A model generated the notes under the pieces. That model had not been told where the DNA came from. It did no database searches and was given only the letters and a program-made list of their open reading frames with translations. The position numbers and the translations under genes were made by a program. Shown in pieces: positions 1 to 9,121 of a DNA stretch of 32,000 nt; position 1 is the first letter of the stretch; the number at the start of each line of letters is the position of its first letter. The stretch lies in assembly GCA_020850015.1 (NCBI GenBank), contig JADZFF010000033.1:1-32000 (forward strand), given 5' to 3'. This DNA comes from Bdellovibrionales bacterium. GTDB lineage: Bacteria; Bdellovibrionota; UBA1018; JADZFF01.

Positions 1-44
1 GGAACCCTGGCGGAGCTTGCGGACGATCTGTTAGGCTAAGCCGC

Positions 45-824
45 ATGCTGGGTTGGATTTTAGGTTTCAGCATGTTGGGCAGCGCGGGCGCGCTCGGCGT
101 GGCGTCGATTTTCCTCAAGCTCGACCCGCAGGGGCGCGAGCAGGCCGTGCCCCCGCTCCTGAGTTTCGCCACGGGGACGCTGCTCGGCGCGGCCTTCCTG
201 GGTCTTTTGCCCGAGGCGCTGGAGCTCGCACGGCCCGACGGCGTGTTCAGCGCGCTCCTGGCGGGCTTCGTGGCTTTTTTCGTACTCGAGAAAGCCGTGC
301 TCTGGCACCATTGCCAGCACGACGCAGGCTGCGTCGAGCACCTGGACCATCACCTGGATCCGCATCGTGGGCACGCGGCCGCGGGCCCTTTGATCCTCAT
401 CGGCGACGCGATCCACAAGTTCGTCGACGGCGTGGTGATCGCCACGAGCTTCATGGTGTCGGTGCCGATGGGAGTGGCCACCTCGCTCGCGATCGTGGCC
501 CACGAGATCCCGCATCAGGTGGGCGATTTCGCCATCCTTCTCAAGAGCGGATTCACGGCAGGGCGCGCGCTCCGTTTGAGCCTGCTCTCCGCGCTTGTGG
601 CGGTGGTCGGCGCCGTGGCGGCCTATTTCTTCCTTTCGTCCGTGCAGCCGGCGGTGCCCTACCTAATGGCCTTCGCGGCCTCGGGATTCATCTACATCGC
701 CGTGTCGGACCTCGTGCCCGGCCTGCACAAGTTCACGAACTTCTGGCACAGCGCCCTTCAGGTGGCTCTGATCGTGGCCGGCATGGTGACGATCGCGCTG
801 CTCAAGGGCGGCCACGCCCACTGA
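45..824 (+). CDS. ZIP-family divalent metal transporter
   Basis: Multi-TM protein with the ZIP TM4/TM5 signatures 'GDAIHKFVDGVVIATSF' and 'AIVAHEIPHQVGDFAILLKSG'; ATG start, full-length 259 aa. Confidence 0.95.
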   Translation: MLGWILGFSMLGSAGALGVASIFLKLDPQGREQAVPPLLSFATGTLLGAAFLGLLPEALELARPDGVFSALLAGFVAFFVLEKAVLWHHCQHDAGCVEHLDHHLDPHRGHAAAGPLILIGDAIHKFVDGVVIATSFMVSVPMGVATSLAIVAHEIPHQVGDFAILLKSGFTAGRALRLSLLSALVAVVGAVAAYFFLSSVQPAVPYLMAFAASGFIYIAVSDLVPGLHKFTNFWHSALQVALIVAGMVTIALLKGGHAH

Positions 825-2055
825 GGGCCGGCGCCACGCGCCCGAACCACAGGAGCGACATCAGGCTGAAGGCGAGCAGCAGCCCAAGCGTCACGGGCGA
901 AGCCGGCACCGCCGTGCCTGTCGCGATACGGCCGAGGGTGAGCGCGAGCCCCGTCGCCGCGCCCGCGAGCCGCGCCCATTCGAGCCGGATCGCCCAGGCT
1001 TTCCTCTCGAGCAGGCCACCCCAGGAGGCCACGCTGAGCAGGATGCAGGCGCAGAGCCCCGCGCGCAGGGGGGCCGGGATGACGTCCGGGTTCCACATGA
1101 GCGTGGTGAGGCCCGTGGCGAGCGCGGCGAACTGGATGAGAAGGTAGGGCTGGAGGGCGCGGGCGTAGGGTGGGTCCCACTTCTTGGCGCGTTTGTCGGG
1201 CACGGGGATCTCGTGGTGCTTCAGGCCCGTTCCGCGCCACTCGGGCGGCATCACCCAGAGCAGGAGCCCGTCCTTGAGGTTTCGCGCCTGGCGCGACTCG
1301 TTCCACAGGTGTGCGAAGGGCTCGATGTTGGCCCAGAGCGGGTTCCAGCTCTTGAAGGCGCGAACCGTGCCGTACACGGGCTCCTCGCGCTCTTCTTCGA
1401 AGGAGCGGAAGAGTCGGTCCCAAATGATGCTGATGCCGCCGTAGTTCTTGTCGATGTACTTCGGGTTCACGCCGTGGTGCACGCGGTGGTGCGAGGCCGT
1501 GTTGAACACCCATTCCAGGGGGCCGAGCTTGCCCACGAGCCGCGTGTGGATCCAGAACTGGTACAGGGTGTTGAGCGCGATCGAGATGAGCGTGACCTGC
1601 GGGGGCACGCCCACGAGCGCGAGCATCCCGTAGAAGGGGAAGGAGGTGAAGTTCGAGAACATCGCCTGCCGAAGCGCCACGCTGAGGTTGTACTCCTGGC
1701 TCTGGTGGTGCACGACGTGCACCGCCCAGAGCGCGTTCACGCGGTGGCTGAGCCGGTGCCACCAGTAGTAGGCGAGATCCACGCCCACCATCGCGATCAC
1801 CCAGGTGCTCCAGCGCGAGGGGTCGAGCTTCCAGATCGAGAAACGGTCGTAGACCAGGGTGTAAGCCGCCGCGATCCAGAGCGTGGTGAAGATCTGGAGG
1901 GTTTGCTGGCCGATGCCGCAGCCCAGGTCGGCGATGGAATCGTTGAGTCGGTACACATCCCGTCGTTTCCTCAGGGACATCACCCATTCGAAGGCGATCA
2001 GGGCGAAGAATCCGGGGATGGCCAGGGCGATGGCTTGGGAGGAGCTGGTAAGCAT
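802..2055 (-). CDS. Fatty acid hydroxylase/sterol desaturase family membrane protein (alkylglycerol-monooxygenase-like)
   Basis: Histidine boxes WWHRLSH, HVVHHQSQEYN and HHRVHHGVNP within a hydrophobic protein; start placed at ATG 2055 (MLTSSSQAIALAIPGFF) rather than 2091. The 3' end overlaps the convergent ZIP gene by 23 nt. Confidence 0.9.
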   Translation of the reverse strand: MLTSSSQAIALAIPGFFALIAFEWVMSLRKRRDVYRLNDSIADLGCGIGQQTLQIFTTLWIAAAYTLVYDRFSIWKLDPSRWSTWVIAMVGVDLAYYWWHRLSHRVNALWAVHVVHHQSQEYNLSVALRQAMFSNFTSFPFYGMLALVGVPPQVTLISIALNTLYQFWIHTRLVGKLGPLEWVFNTASHHRVHHGVNPKYIDKNYGGISIIWDRLFRSFEEEREEPVYGTVRAFKSWNPLWANIEPFAHLWNESRQARNLKDGLLLWVMPPEWRGTGLKHHEIPVPDKRAKKWDPPYARALQPYLLIQFAALATGLTTLMWNPDVIPAPLRAGLCACILLSVASWGGLLERKAWAIRLEWARLAGAATGLALTLGRIATGTAVPASPVTLGLLLAFSLMSLLWFGRVAPALSGRGRP

Positions 2056-2265
2056 GATTTCACAGTAATCCCGCACTCCTAGGCGGGGCAATGAGTCGGA
2101 AAACTATTGCCTGACATGATATATCGGCTTTTGGTTTGACTGAATAAGTCGGGATTGGTAACCCCCGCCCATTGGACCGGGTCGTCTGCCGCCAGAACGA
2201 CTCACAAATGGGAGAGCACCCTGGGATTCAGGACGATGAGTCCCATCGGGTTTGCCGGAGGTATC

Positions 2266-3120
2266 ATGTCGTTCTTTTCAAAGATTCTTACGGCTTTGGG
2301 TCTGGCGTTGGCCTTTGGGATCGCGGCGCAACCCGCGGCGGCCTTGCCCCCGGGCACGGGCTTCCAGATGCAGCCCGACGGCGTGCACGTGCCGATGATT
2401 GAAGTCTCCACCGGCGTGGAGGTGGCCTCCTCTGAAGAAGCGGCCGTTCAAGTGCTTCTGGGCTTCGAGTACCGCGGCGTGGAAGGCGTGAAAGAGGGCA
2501 CCTACTGGGCCCGCGTTTACGTGGAAGGCGGGATGGATGTCATCGACGGCTCCGTGGGTAGCTTCCGCGTGGAGTTCACCCCCTACCGCGCGATCGGCGA
2601 ATCGAATCCGGTGCCGATTTCCTGGGAGACGCGCCTTTTCAATACCGTGATCGCGCACGACGAGCGAACCGGCCAGGATCTCGACGGCACGATCAAGCTC
2701 TTCGGCTTCCGCGGCGGGCTCTTTCTGCCCGCCTCCGATCCGGGCGACTTCGAAGCCATGATCGTCGTGGCGCTCGAGGCCTTGGGCGGCCACATCCGCC
2801 AGTTCGCCGAGCACGAGCTCGAAACTTTCTACGGCGCTTACGTGGCCGGGGCCTCGCTCGAAGCCACCTTCGGTTGGCAGCTCAACGAGGACTTCAAGAT
2901 CACGGGCACCTTCGGCGTGGGCGGCGATCTCTCGATGGGCTCTTCGGGCGGCGACTTCACGGCGCTCGTCGACTCCGAGATGCACCTGAACTTCGTGCTC
3001 AGCTGGCGCAACATGATCGACTTCATCATCGGCGGATCGCTCGAGAACTACGCCGACACGGGCAACGACCGCTCGGTGGGCGTGGCGAAGTTCCTCGCGA
3101 GCCTGCGGTTCCGGTTCTGA
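2266..3120 (+). CDS. Uncharacterised secreted/outer-membrane beta-barrel-like protein
   Basis: ATG 2266 preceded by GGAGG; signal peptide MSFFSKILTALGLALAFGIAAQPAAA; alternating pattern and terminal aromatic residue (FLASLRFRF) as in outer-membrane barrels. Confidence 0.75.
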   Translation: MSFFSKILTALGLALAFGIAAQPAAALPPGTGFQMQPDGVHVPMIEVSTGVEVASSEEAAVQVLLGFEYRGVEGVKEGTYWARVYVEGGMDVIDGSVGSFRVEFTPYRAIGESNPVPISWETRLFNTVIAHDERTGQDLDGTIKLFGFRGGLFLPASDPGDFEAMIVVALEALGGHIRQFAEHELETFYGAYVAGASLEATFGWQLNEDFKITGTFGVGGDLSMGSSGGDFTALVDSEMHLNFVLSWRNMIDFIIGGSLENYADTGNDRSVGVAKFLASLRFRF

Positions 3121-3133
3121 GGGGGCGGCTCAG

Positions 3134-4969
3134 ATGATCCCCCTTCGCTCAGCGCTTCTGGTGTCAGTGGTCCTGGCCTCCGCTTTCGCCGGCCAGGCTC
3201 AGGCGGGCGGCCGCAGAGCGCCCCGGATCGATCTCAATGAGCTTGCCCGCTACTATGCGGAACAGTCCGGCGGCCTCGTGCCGCTGGCGCCCGGCGCCCA
3301 TGGCCGCGGCGGGCACCTGCGTTTCACCTGGGACGAGCGCAAGCGGCCGAAGCGCATTCGCACGGTGCAGCCTTTGGACTACCACCTGAACCAGGGCCTG
3401 TTCGGCTTCGACGAGGAGCGGTTCCTCCGCGCCGAGGGCGCGGCCGATCTCGTGGATGCGCATTGGAGCTGGTACTCGCGCAAGGACTTCAACCTCTCCA
3501 CCCAGCATCACGACCAGGACTACTACTACCTCGAAGGCTGGGAGCACCTCTTCCACCCTCCGGTGAAAGAGATGACGCTCCCGAAGGAGCGCTACTTCAA
3601 GGAGTTCACGCCCGAGGTTCCGCACCTGGCGAACTGGGCCGACGGTCACGAGTACTTCAGCCCCGAGTTCCAGAAGAACATCGACCGGCTCACGGGCACG
3701 CAGCTCACCTACGGCAACCGTCTAACGATGCTCCCGAACAGCCAGGCTTACGCGGCTAAGATGGATCTCGTGAAGCGTGCCCGGCGCTCGCTCTACGTCG
3801 GCGTGATGTTCTGGGCTTGCGACGCCACCTCGAGCGCGCTTCGCGACGAGCTCGTGAAGAAGATGCGCGAGGGCGTGGAGGTCCGCCTGGTCACCGAACG
3901 CTTCTATCGTGAGTTCCTGGGCCGCCGCTGCATCGACCGGATCGAGCAGCTGGGCATCCCCGTGCTCGTGATCGGCGACTCCTTCAACTCCGAAACCTCC
4001 ACCTCCGCCTATCACCAGAAGTTCTGGATCCGCGACGGCGAGGAAGTGATCCTGGGCGGCATGAACATCCTGGACTACGAGAACGAGGCCTCGGGCTTCA
4101 ACGGGATGAACCGCGACACCGACGTGCGCGTGGTGGGCCCCTCCGCGAAGGACGCGCAGGCCTCTTTCATGCGCATGTGGAAGCGCTACTCCACGGCGCA
4201 GGCTCAGCGCGACTGGGCCGACGAGCGCCTGCGCGAGACCGAAGCCGAGCAGGCCGCGGAGGCCGCGCGCGGCGTACGCGGCCAAGCGAACTACGCCACC
4301 TGGTTGGGTTCGCCCGAGACGCGGATGAACGGCATCTGCCGCACGAACTTCCAGGGCACCATGGCCCGCGTGGAGCCGATCGCCCCGGTGGTGGAGGAGC
4401 ACCTGCGCGCCGCGCGCAAGCTCACCGTGTTCTCCACTCCCGACATCACCTTCAGCCTGGATGACCCCGCGAACGCCGAGCACCTCGATTCGCGCATCGC
4501 GCGCATCATGCGCCTCCTCACGGAGCGCAACTCGTCCACCGATCCGGTGCTCCGCATGCTCACGAACGGCGAGGCCGGGGGGGCGGGCGAGGTGTCGATC
4601 TGGATGCAGTACCGCACCATGGAGGCTCAGCAACACGGCAGCGCCTTCGCTGAGCAGTTCATGCGCCAGTGGAAGACCGTGGTGAGCCGCCGCGCCGCCG
4701 CCGGGAACCGGAAGCACTCCACCGAGGTGATGCACCAGAACCCGCAGTTCCGCGCCTACACGCACATGAACTACGTGCACGAGAAGGTGTTCCTCTTCGA
4801 CCGGATCGCCTCGTTCATCAGTTCCTGGAACCTCGACCTGAACTCGGCCGACATCAACCACGAGGTCTCCGTGACCTGCCTGGACGAGAGCCTGCGCCAG
4901 CAGCTCGAGCATGAGCTGGCGCTCGATCTGGCGAACGCCGTGCCGATGGTGAGCAGGAACGGGAAATAG
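3134..4969 (+). CDS. Phospholipase D superfamily protein with signal peptide (PLD copy 1)
   Basis: Two HKD-type motifs: HQKFWIRDGEEVILGGMN (HxKxxxxD at 4013-4036) and HEKVFLFDRIASFISSWN (4778-4801); N-terminal signal MIPLRSALLVSVVLASAFAGQAQA. Confidence 0.93.
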   Translation: MIPLRSALLVSVVLASAFAGQAQAGGRRAPRIDLNELARYYAEQSGGLVPLAPGAHGRGGHLRFTWDERKRPKRIRTVQPLDYHLNQGLFGFDEERFLRAEGAADLVDAHWSWYSRKDFNLSTQHHDQDYYYLEGWEHLFHPPVKEMTLPKERYFKEFTPEVPHLANWADGHEYFSPEFQKNIDRLTGTQLTYGNRLTMLPNSQAYAAKMDLVKRARRSLYVGVMFWACDATSSALRDELVKKMREGVEVRLVTERFYREFLGRRCIDRIEQLGIPVLVIGDSFNSETSTSAYHQKFWIRDGEEVILGGMNILDYENEASGFNGMNRDTDVRVVGPSAKDAQASFMRMWKRYSTAQAQRDWADERLRETEAEQAAEAARGVRGQANYATWLGSPETRMNGICRTNFQGTMARVEPIAPVVEEHLRAARKLTVFSTPDITFSLDDPANAEHLDSRIARIMRLLTERNSSTDPVLRMLTNGEAGGAGEVSIWMQYRTMEAQQHGSAFAEQFMRQWKTVVSRRAAAGNRKHSTEVMHQNPQFRAYTHMNYVHEKVFLFDRIASFISSWNLDLNSADINHEVSVTCLDESLRQQLEHELALDLANAVPMVSRNGK

Positions 4970-5007
4970 ATAGACCGGGCTCCCGGACCCTTGGCCCTGG
5001 GCTCGCG

Positions 5008-5030
5008 CACGAGAAAATCTCGTGTTTTTT
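5008..5030 (+). terminator. Rho-independent terminator
   Basis: CACGAGA-AAA-TCTCGTG perfect 7-bp stem (5008-5024) followed directly by TTTTTT (5025-5030), 39 nt after the PLD copy 1 stop. Confidence 0.85.
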
Positions 5031-5107
5031 CCTTCGAGCGCGCTCTCGGCGGGATTTTCACCAGAAAACCTCGTGCGGCGCGCGGGTGGCGTTGATAGGG
5101 TCGGGGC

Positions 5108-5872
5108 GTGAGCAAGCAAGCCCCGAGTAAGGCCAGAGGCCGTTTAAGCGCGCGATCCTCCGCGCCCGCGCCGGCGTCTCGGCCCGCGCCCGCCGCTTCC
5201 GGCGCATTTCTGGCCGTCTCCGCCGGTCTGGGCTTCCTCGGCGCGGCGGTGAGCTCCTTTTACGCCGACCCGGCGGGGCATCTGCTGATCTGCAGGCTCG
5301 CGCTCGCCGCGCTCGCGGCCCGCGTGCTGCTCGCCGCGGCGATCCCGGGGCTCCGGCCCCGCCTCGCGAGCTCCGCCTGGCTGCTCGCGGGCGCGGGATT
5401 GGGCACGCTCGTGGCGCACCCCGCGATCTGGAACTGGGTGTTTCTGGCGCCCGCGGTGGTGCTGGCCGGAGTGGCCGCGCCTTTCGTGGCGCGCTCGCCC
5501 AGCGGCCCTGACGGGAACCAACTCCCCTTCGTACCGGAACGCGCGGCCGGGCGGGTGGGGGCCCTGTTCGTGGGCGCGGCGCTTTTGATCGGCAACGCCA
5601 ACCATCTCCTCGACTTTAGCGAAGCACCGCTCGTGCGGGCGGAGTGGCTGGGCGTGGAGCCGGGCGGGTTCGGTGGGCACCTGATTCGGCTCACTCCGCG
5701 CGAACCCGTGGACCGGTTTTCCCCGGTGTGGCGCGCGCGCGGCCTGGGCGCGCTCGCGGAGCTCAGGCCCGGAGCGCCCGTGCTGGTGCGGCAGGGTGCC
5801 GGGCTCTTCGGCGCCGCCTGGCTTCGGGAGCTTCGGCCCGACGCCGGCCGCTCGGCGCCGTCAGGCTCCTGA
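5108..5872 (+). CDS. Uncharacterised membrane protein
   Basis: GTG-start 254-aa ORF with several hydrophobic helices (LICRLALAALAARVLLAAA, WVFLAPAVVLAGVAAPFVA, ALFVGAALLIGNANHLL) in a plausible frame between the two PLD paralogues; no family recognised. Confidence 0.6.
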   Translation: MSKQAPSKARGRLSARSSAPAPASRPAPAASGAFLAVSAGLGFLGAAVSSFYADPAGHLLICRLALAALAARVLLAAAIPGLRPRLASSAWLLAGAGLGTLVAHPAIWNWVFLAPAVVLAGVAAPFVARSPSGPDGNQLPFVPERAAGRVGALFVGAALLIGNANHLLDFSEAPLVRAEWLGVEPGGFGGHLIRLTPREPVDRFSPVWRARGLGALAELRPGAPVLVRQGAGLFGAAWLRELRPDAGRSAPSGS

Positions 5873-6004
5873 CGATTGCGGGGCTCGCGCGCAAGACCTG
5901 TGAGCGGCGTGAGTTCTCTGTCAGAATTTGCCCCGCACGCCCTTGCCGGCTTGCATCGCTCATCTCTTCTCCCGCACACTTGAGGCAATACATCGGGGGG
6001 ATGA

Positions 6005-7975
6005 ATGGTTCCTTTTCACGGACGGATGGGAACCGGTCGGGCACGGGTGTCCGCACTGGTTGGAAGAAAGTACGCCATGGCTCTGGCGGCCACGATGGCC
6101 GCGCTCCTGGCGAACGCCGGTTCGCCCGCGCTCGCGGCCGGGAAGAAGCGGCCCGAGCCCCCCGCGGGCTCAGGCCCGGTGACGATCATCCCCACGCCCC
6201 CGGGCGACACGCCGGCTCAGTCGGCCGCCCGCCCCGCGGTCACCGCCGCGATGGACGCGATGTGGATGAAGGCCGACCCGCCCAGCCCCATCGAGGGCCC
6301 GGGCGGCGAGGCCTGGACGGAGGAGACGGACCCTCCCATGGAGTGGCTGATCCCCTACTACGACGCCGTGACCGGGGGCCTGATCTCGCCCGCGCCGGCC
6401 GCCGCCCCGGACACGCCCGCGCAGGATTACTTCCAGCTCGACGTGGAGGGCTTCCTGGGTCGCACCCGTCACGCCGACTTCGCCGAGGCCAAACGGGCCT
6501 TCTACGGCAACCTGGATTTCGATACCAAGCGCCAGAAGCACGAGGAGCCGTACTATTACATGGTGCCCTGGAAGCTCCTCTTCCACCCGCCCATCAAGCG
6601 GCTCTCACTCCCGCGCGCCCGCTACCATTCGGGCATGCAGGCCTGGGATCCCGCGGCCCACGAGTCGCCCTACTTCGAGCCGCGCCTCCAGTGGGACATC
6701 GACTTCAAGACCGGCACTGAGATGACCTACGGGAACGAGCTGGAGCTCCGCCCCAACCAGAGCTCCTACCGCGAGCGCCTGCGCATGCTGCGCGAGGCGA
6801 AGAAGTACTTCTTCGGCACCGTGATGTTCTACACCTGCGACACCACGGGCAACGAGTTCCTCGAGGAGCTGATCCGCCGGAAGAAGGAAGGCATCGACGT
6901 GCGCATGATCGTGGAGGGGCTCTACGCCTACACGATCAATCGCAAGTGCATCGACCGCATGATCAAGGGCGGCGTGGACGTGATCCGGGTGGACGACTTC
7001 TGGAAGCCCACCTCCTTCATCTCCGTGCTGCACAACAAGTTCTGGATCCGGGACGGCGAGGAGGCCGTGATCGGCGGGCAGAACTTCCACGATTTCGCCA
7101 ACACCTCCGACGGCTTCCACCTCACGCGCGATACCGACGTGTGGGTCAAGCGCGGCCCCTCGGTGACGGATCTCGAGTACGAGTACCTGCGCCTCTGGAA
7201 GCGCTACGCCAAGAAGCGCAAGAACCAGCCCGCCGAGCCCTACCTTTCGGCCGTGGCCGCGAGGATCGAAAAGGAGCGCCAGACCCGCGTCCGCGGGCGC
7301 CTGAGCTACTCCTACTGGCTCTCTGACCCCGCGAAGCGCATGAACGGCATCTGCCGCGTGATGGTGCAGGATCGCATGGCTTCCCGCCAGGCCATAGCGC
7401 CCCTCCTGATCGACTACATCAACGCGGCGAAGAGCCACGTGTTCATGACCACGCCGAGCGTGAAGTTCAACAAGAAGGACAAGGTGAAGAAGCCCAAGCT
7501 CGAGGACGAGCTTTTCTTCGCCTACCAGCGCGCCGCGAACGAGCGGGGCGTGAAGCTCGATCTCGTCTCCAACGGACTGGCCGGCGGCATGGGCGACATG
7601 CAGAACTTCTTCGAGAAGTTCCTCGACTCGGACAGCCTCAAGAACAAGAAGCTCATCAAGAAGCTGATCCGGAGCCTGGGCGTGTCCATGAGCGAGAACG
7701 GCGCCGAGAAGGACCGCGACCACATGCTCAAGGTGCTGGAGAAGGTGCCGGGCTCGCGAGCCTGGGGCTACTTCCAGTTCCTGCACGCCAAGACCCAGCT
7801 CTTCGACCGCACGCTCGCCGGCGTGACGAGCTTCAACTGGGACGGGCACTCCTCGCGCACGAACCACGAATCCGGGATTTTCTGTCTGGACCGCAAGCTC
7901 GTGAACCAGCTTGAGGAGCAGATGGTCATGGACCTCATCAACTCCGTGCCCATCGTGAGCCGCAACGGGTTTTAG
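6005..7975 (+). CDS. Phospholipase D superfamily protein with putative signal peptide (PLD copy 2, paralogue of copy 1)
   Basis: HNKFWIRDGEEAVIGGQN (7031-7054) and HAKTQLFDRTLAGVTSFN (7784-7807); extended similarity to the 3134-4969 product; hydrophobic N terminus YAMALAATMAALLANAGSPALAAG. Exact start uncertain. Confidence 0.92.
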   Translation: MVPFHGRMGTGRARVSALVGRKYAMALAATMAALLANAGSPALAAGKKRPEPPAGSGPVTIIPTPPGDTPAQSAARPAVTAAMDAMWMKADPPSPIEGPGGEAWTEETDPPMEWLIPYYDAVTGGLISPAPAAAPDTPAQDYFQLDVEGFLGRTRHADFAEAKRAFYGNLDFDTKRQKHEEPYYYMVPWKLLFHPPIKRLSLPRARYHSGMQAWDPAAHESPYFEPRLQWDIDFKTGTEMTYGNELELRPNQSSYRERLRMLREAKKYFFGTVMFYTCDTTGNEFLEELIRRKKEGIDVRMIVEGLYAYTINRKCIDRMIKGGVDVIRVDDFWKPTSFISVLHNKFWIRDGEEAVIGGQNFHDFANTSDGFHLTRDTDVWVKRGPSVTDLEYEYLRLWKRYAKKRKNQPAEPYLSAVAARIEKERQTRVRGRLSYSYWLSDPAKRMNGICRVMVQDRMASRQAIAPLLIDYINAAKSHVFMTTPSVKFNKKDKVKKPKLEDELFFAYQRAANERGVKLDLVSNGLAGGMGDMQNFFEKFLDSDSLKNKKLIKKLIRSLGVSMSENGAEKDRDHMLKVLEKVPGSRAWGYFQFLHAKTQLFDRTLAGVTSFNWDGHSSRTNHESGIFCLDRKLVNQLEEQMVMDLINSVPIVSRNGF

Positions 7976-8012
7976 GGGGTTTCAGCAGGGGCGACGACAC
8001 CAGCGGCCAGCT

Positions 8013-8048
8013 CGGCGACGGCAGGACATCCACTGCTCACCGTCGCCG
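8013..8048. terminator. Candidate hairpin between convergent genes
   Basis: Perfect 9-bp inverted repeat CGGCGACGG (8013-8021) / CCGTCGCCG (8040-8048) with an 18-nt loop in the gap between convergent 7975(+) and 8072(-); no U-tract. Confidence 0.35.
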
Positions 8049-8071
8049 GTCGGAGTGGACCTCACCGGGAT

Positions 8072-9121
8072 CTAGAGCAGGCTCGCCTGCACGCCCAGAG
8101 TCGCCGTGTTGAGCACGAGCGAGTTGCCTTGCAGCTCCGACTCGTAACGCGCGTCCGTGAGATCGAGCGTGATCGCCCAGCCCCACCTATTGGGTTTCGA
8201 GAGCAGCTGCACCCCGCCCCCGATCGCGAGCTCGCGATGGGAGAGCGAGATGCCTTCGCGAATGTCGCCGATCGGGGCGTACTTGAGGTAACCGAACCAG
8301 CCCCGCCCCTCCTTGGGAAACTTCGCGGCCGAGAGAAAGAGCTGCGGCCCGGAAAGCAGGTCCACGCCGTACGCGCGGCCCTCGGTGCGCATCGTCCAGA
8401 GGTACCAGCCCGTGAGGAGTTTCCAGGTGGCCCCGGCCCACCTCGCGGGCAGGGTGAACCCGAAGCGGCCGTTGACACCCAGAAAGCGGACGCTGTTGAT
8501 GGTGCTAGGCGAGTGTGTCAGGGACACGACGTTGAAAAAGATGTTGGCGCCGAGGTCGATCTTTCCGGGCAGGAGCGGATACGCGGCCACGAACTTCGGC
8601 GTGAGCGCCACCTCGGAGAGCCGGATGTTCCCGGGATCCTCGCGGTAGGCGAGGTAAGTCCACCCGAGGCCCGCGCTCAGGGTCAGGCGCCGCGCTCCGG
8701 GCTTCCGCTCCTTCTCGGGCGCGTTTTTCCGCCATGCGCCCTCGTGCGAGCGAACGAGCACGACCTCGGTCTGGATCTCGCCAAGGGGGCTCACGGCCAC
8801 GAAGGTCACCTTCGTGATCTCGGAGCGCACGGGCACGACGATGTCGAACTGCCCCGTGCTCATGAGCTCGATGCGCTGCCGAGGAGCCGATAGGAGCCAG
8901 TTTTTCCTCTCGAAACGGCCCTGAAGCCTGATCTTGAGCGGGGCTTCGCCCGGTTTCTCGCCGGGCTCACGGAGGTACGAAAGCCCCTTCGAAATCCAGG
9001 TCAGTCCCTGGATGCGGCTCCGGGTCTCGGGCGGCCGAATCAGCACGGCGTCGGTGGGCTCTTCGGCCGCGCGCGCATCGGCGCAGAAGAGAGCCAGAGC
9101 CGCGAGCAGGAGCGCGCTCAT
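8072..9121 (-). CDS. Uncharacterised secreted, probable outer-membrane beta-barrel protein
   Basis: ATG 9121 overlaps the upstream gene's TGA (ATGA coupling); signal peptide MSALLLAALALFCADARA; C-terminal half of amphipathic strand-like segments. The track's longer ORF (to 9568) reads into the upstream gene. Confidence 0.75.
   Translation of the reverse strand: MSALLLAALALFCADARAAEEPTDAVLIRPPETRSRIQGLTWISKGLSYLREPGEKPGEAPLKIRLQGRFERKNWLLSAPRQRIELMSTGQFDIVVPVRSEITKVTFVAVSPLGEIQTEVVLVRSHEGAWRKNAPEKERKPGARRLTLSAGLGWTYLAYREDPGNIRLSEVALTPKFVAAYPLLPGKIDLGANIFFNVVSLTHSPSTINSVRFLGVNGRFGFTLPARWAGATWKLLTGWYLWTMRTEGRAYGVDLLSGPQLFLSAAKFPKEGRGWFGYLKYAPIGDIREGISLSHRELAIGGGVQLLSKPNRWGWAITLDLTDARYESELQGNSLVLNTATLGVQASLL

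Noticed and set aside
53-1147. 364-aa ORF on + strand in another frame of the ZIP gene
   Set aside because: Arg/Pro/Gly-rich shadow translation (RRRGDRHELHG...) typical of high-GC off-frame reading; the overlapping ZIP and desaturase proteins are clearly real.
758-1987. 409-aa ORF antisense/off-frame over the desaturase gene
   Set aside because: Low-complexity Arg/Pro/His composition and complete overlap with a recognisable family.
2086-2113. GGCAAT...ATTGCC short dyad near 2085-2115 upstream of the 2266 gene
   Set aside because: Only 6 bp and imperfectly placed relative to any recognisable promoter; too weak to call.
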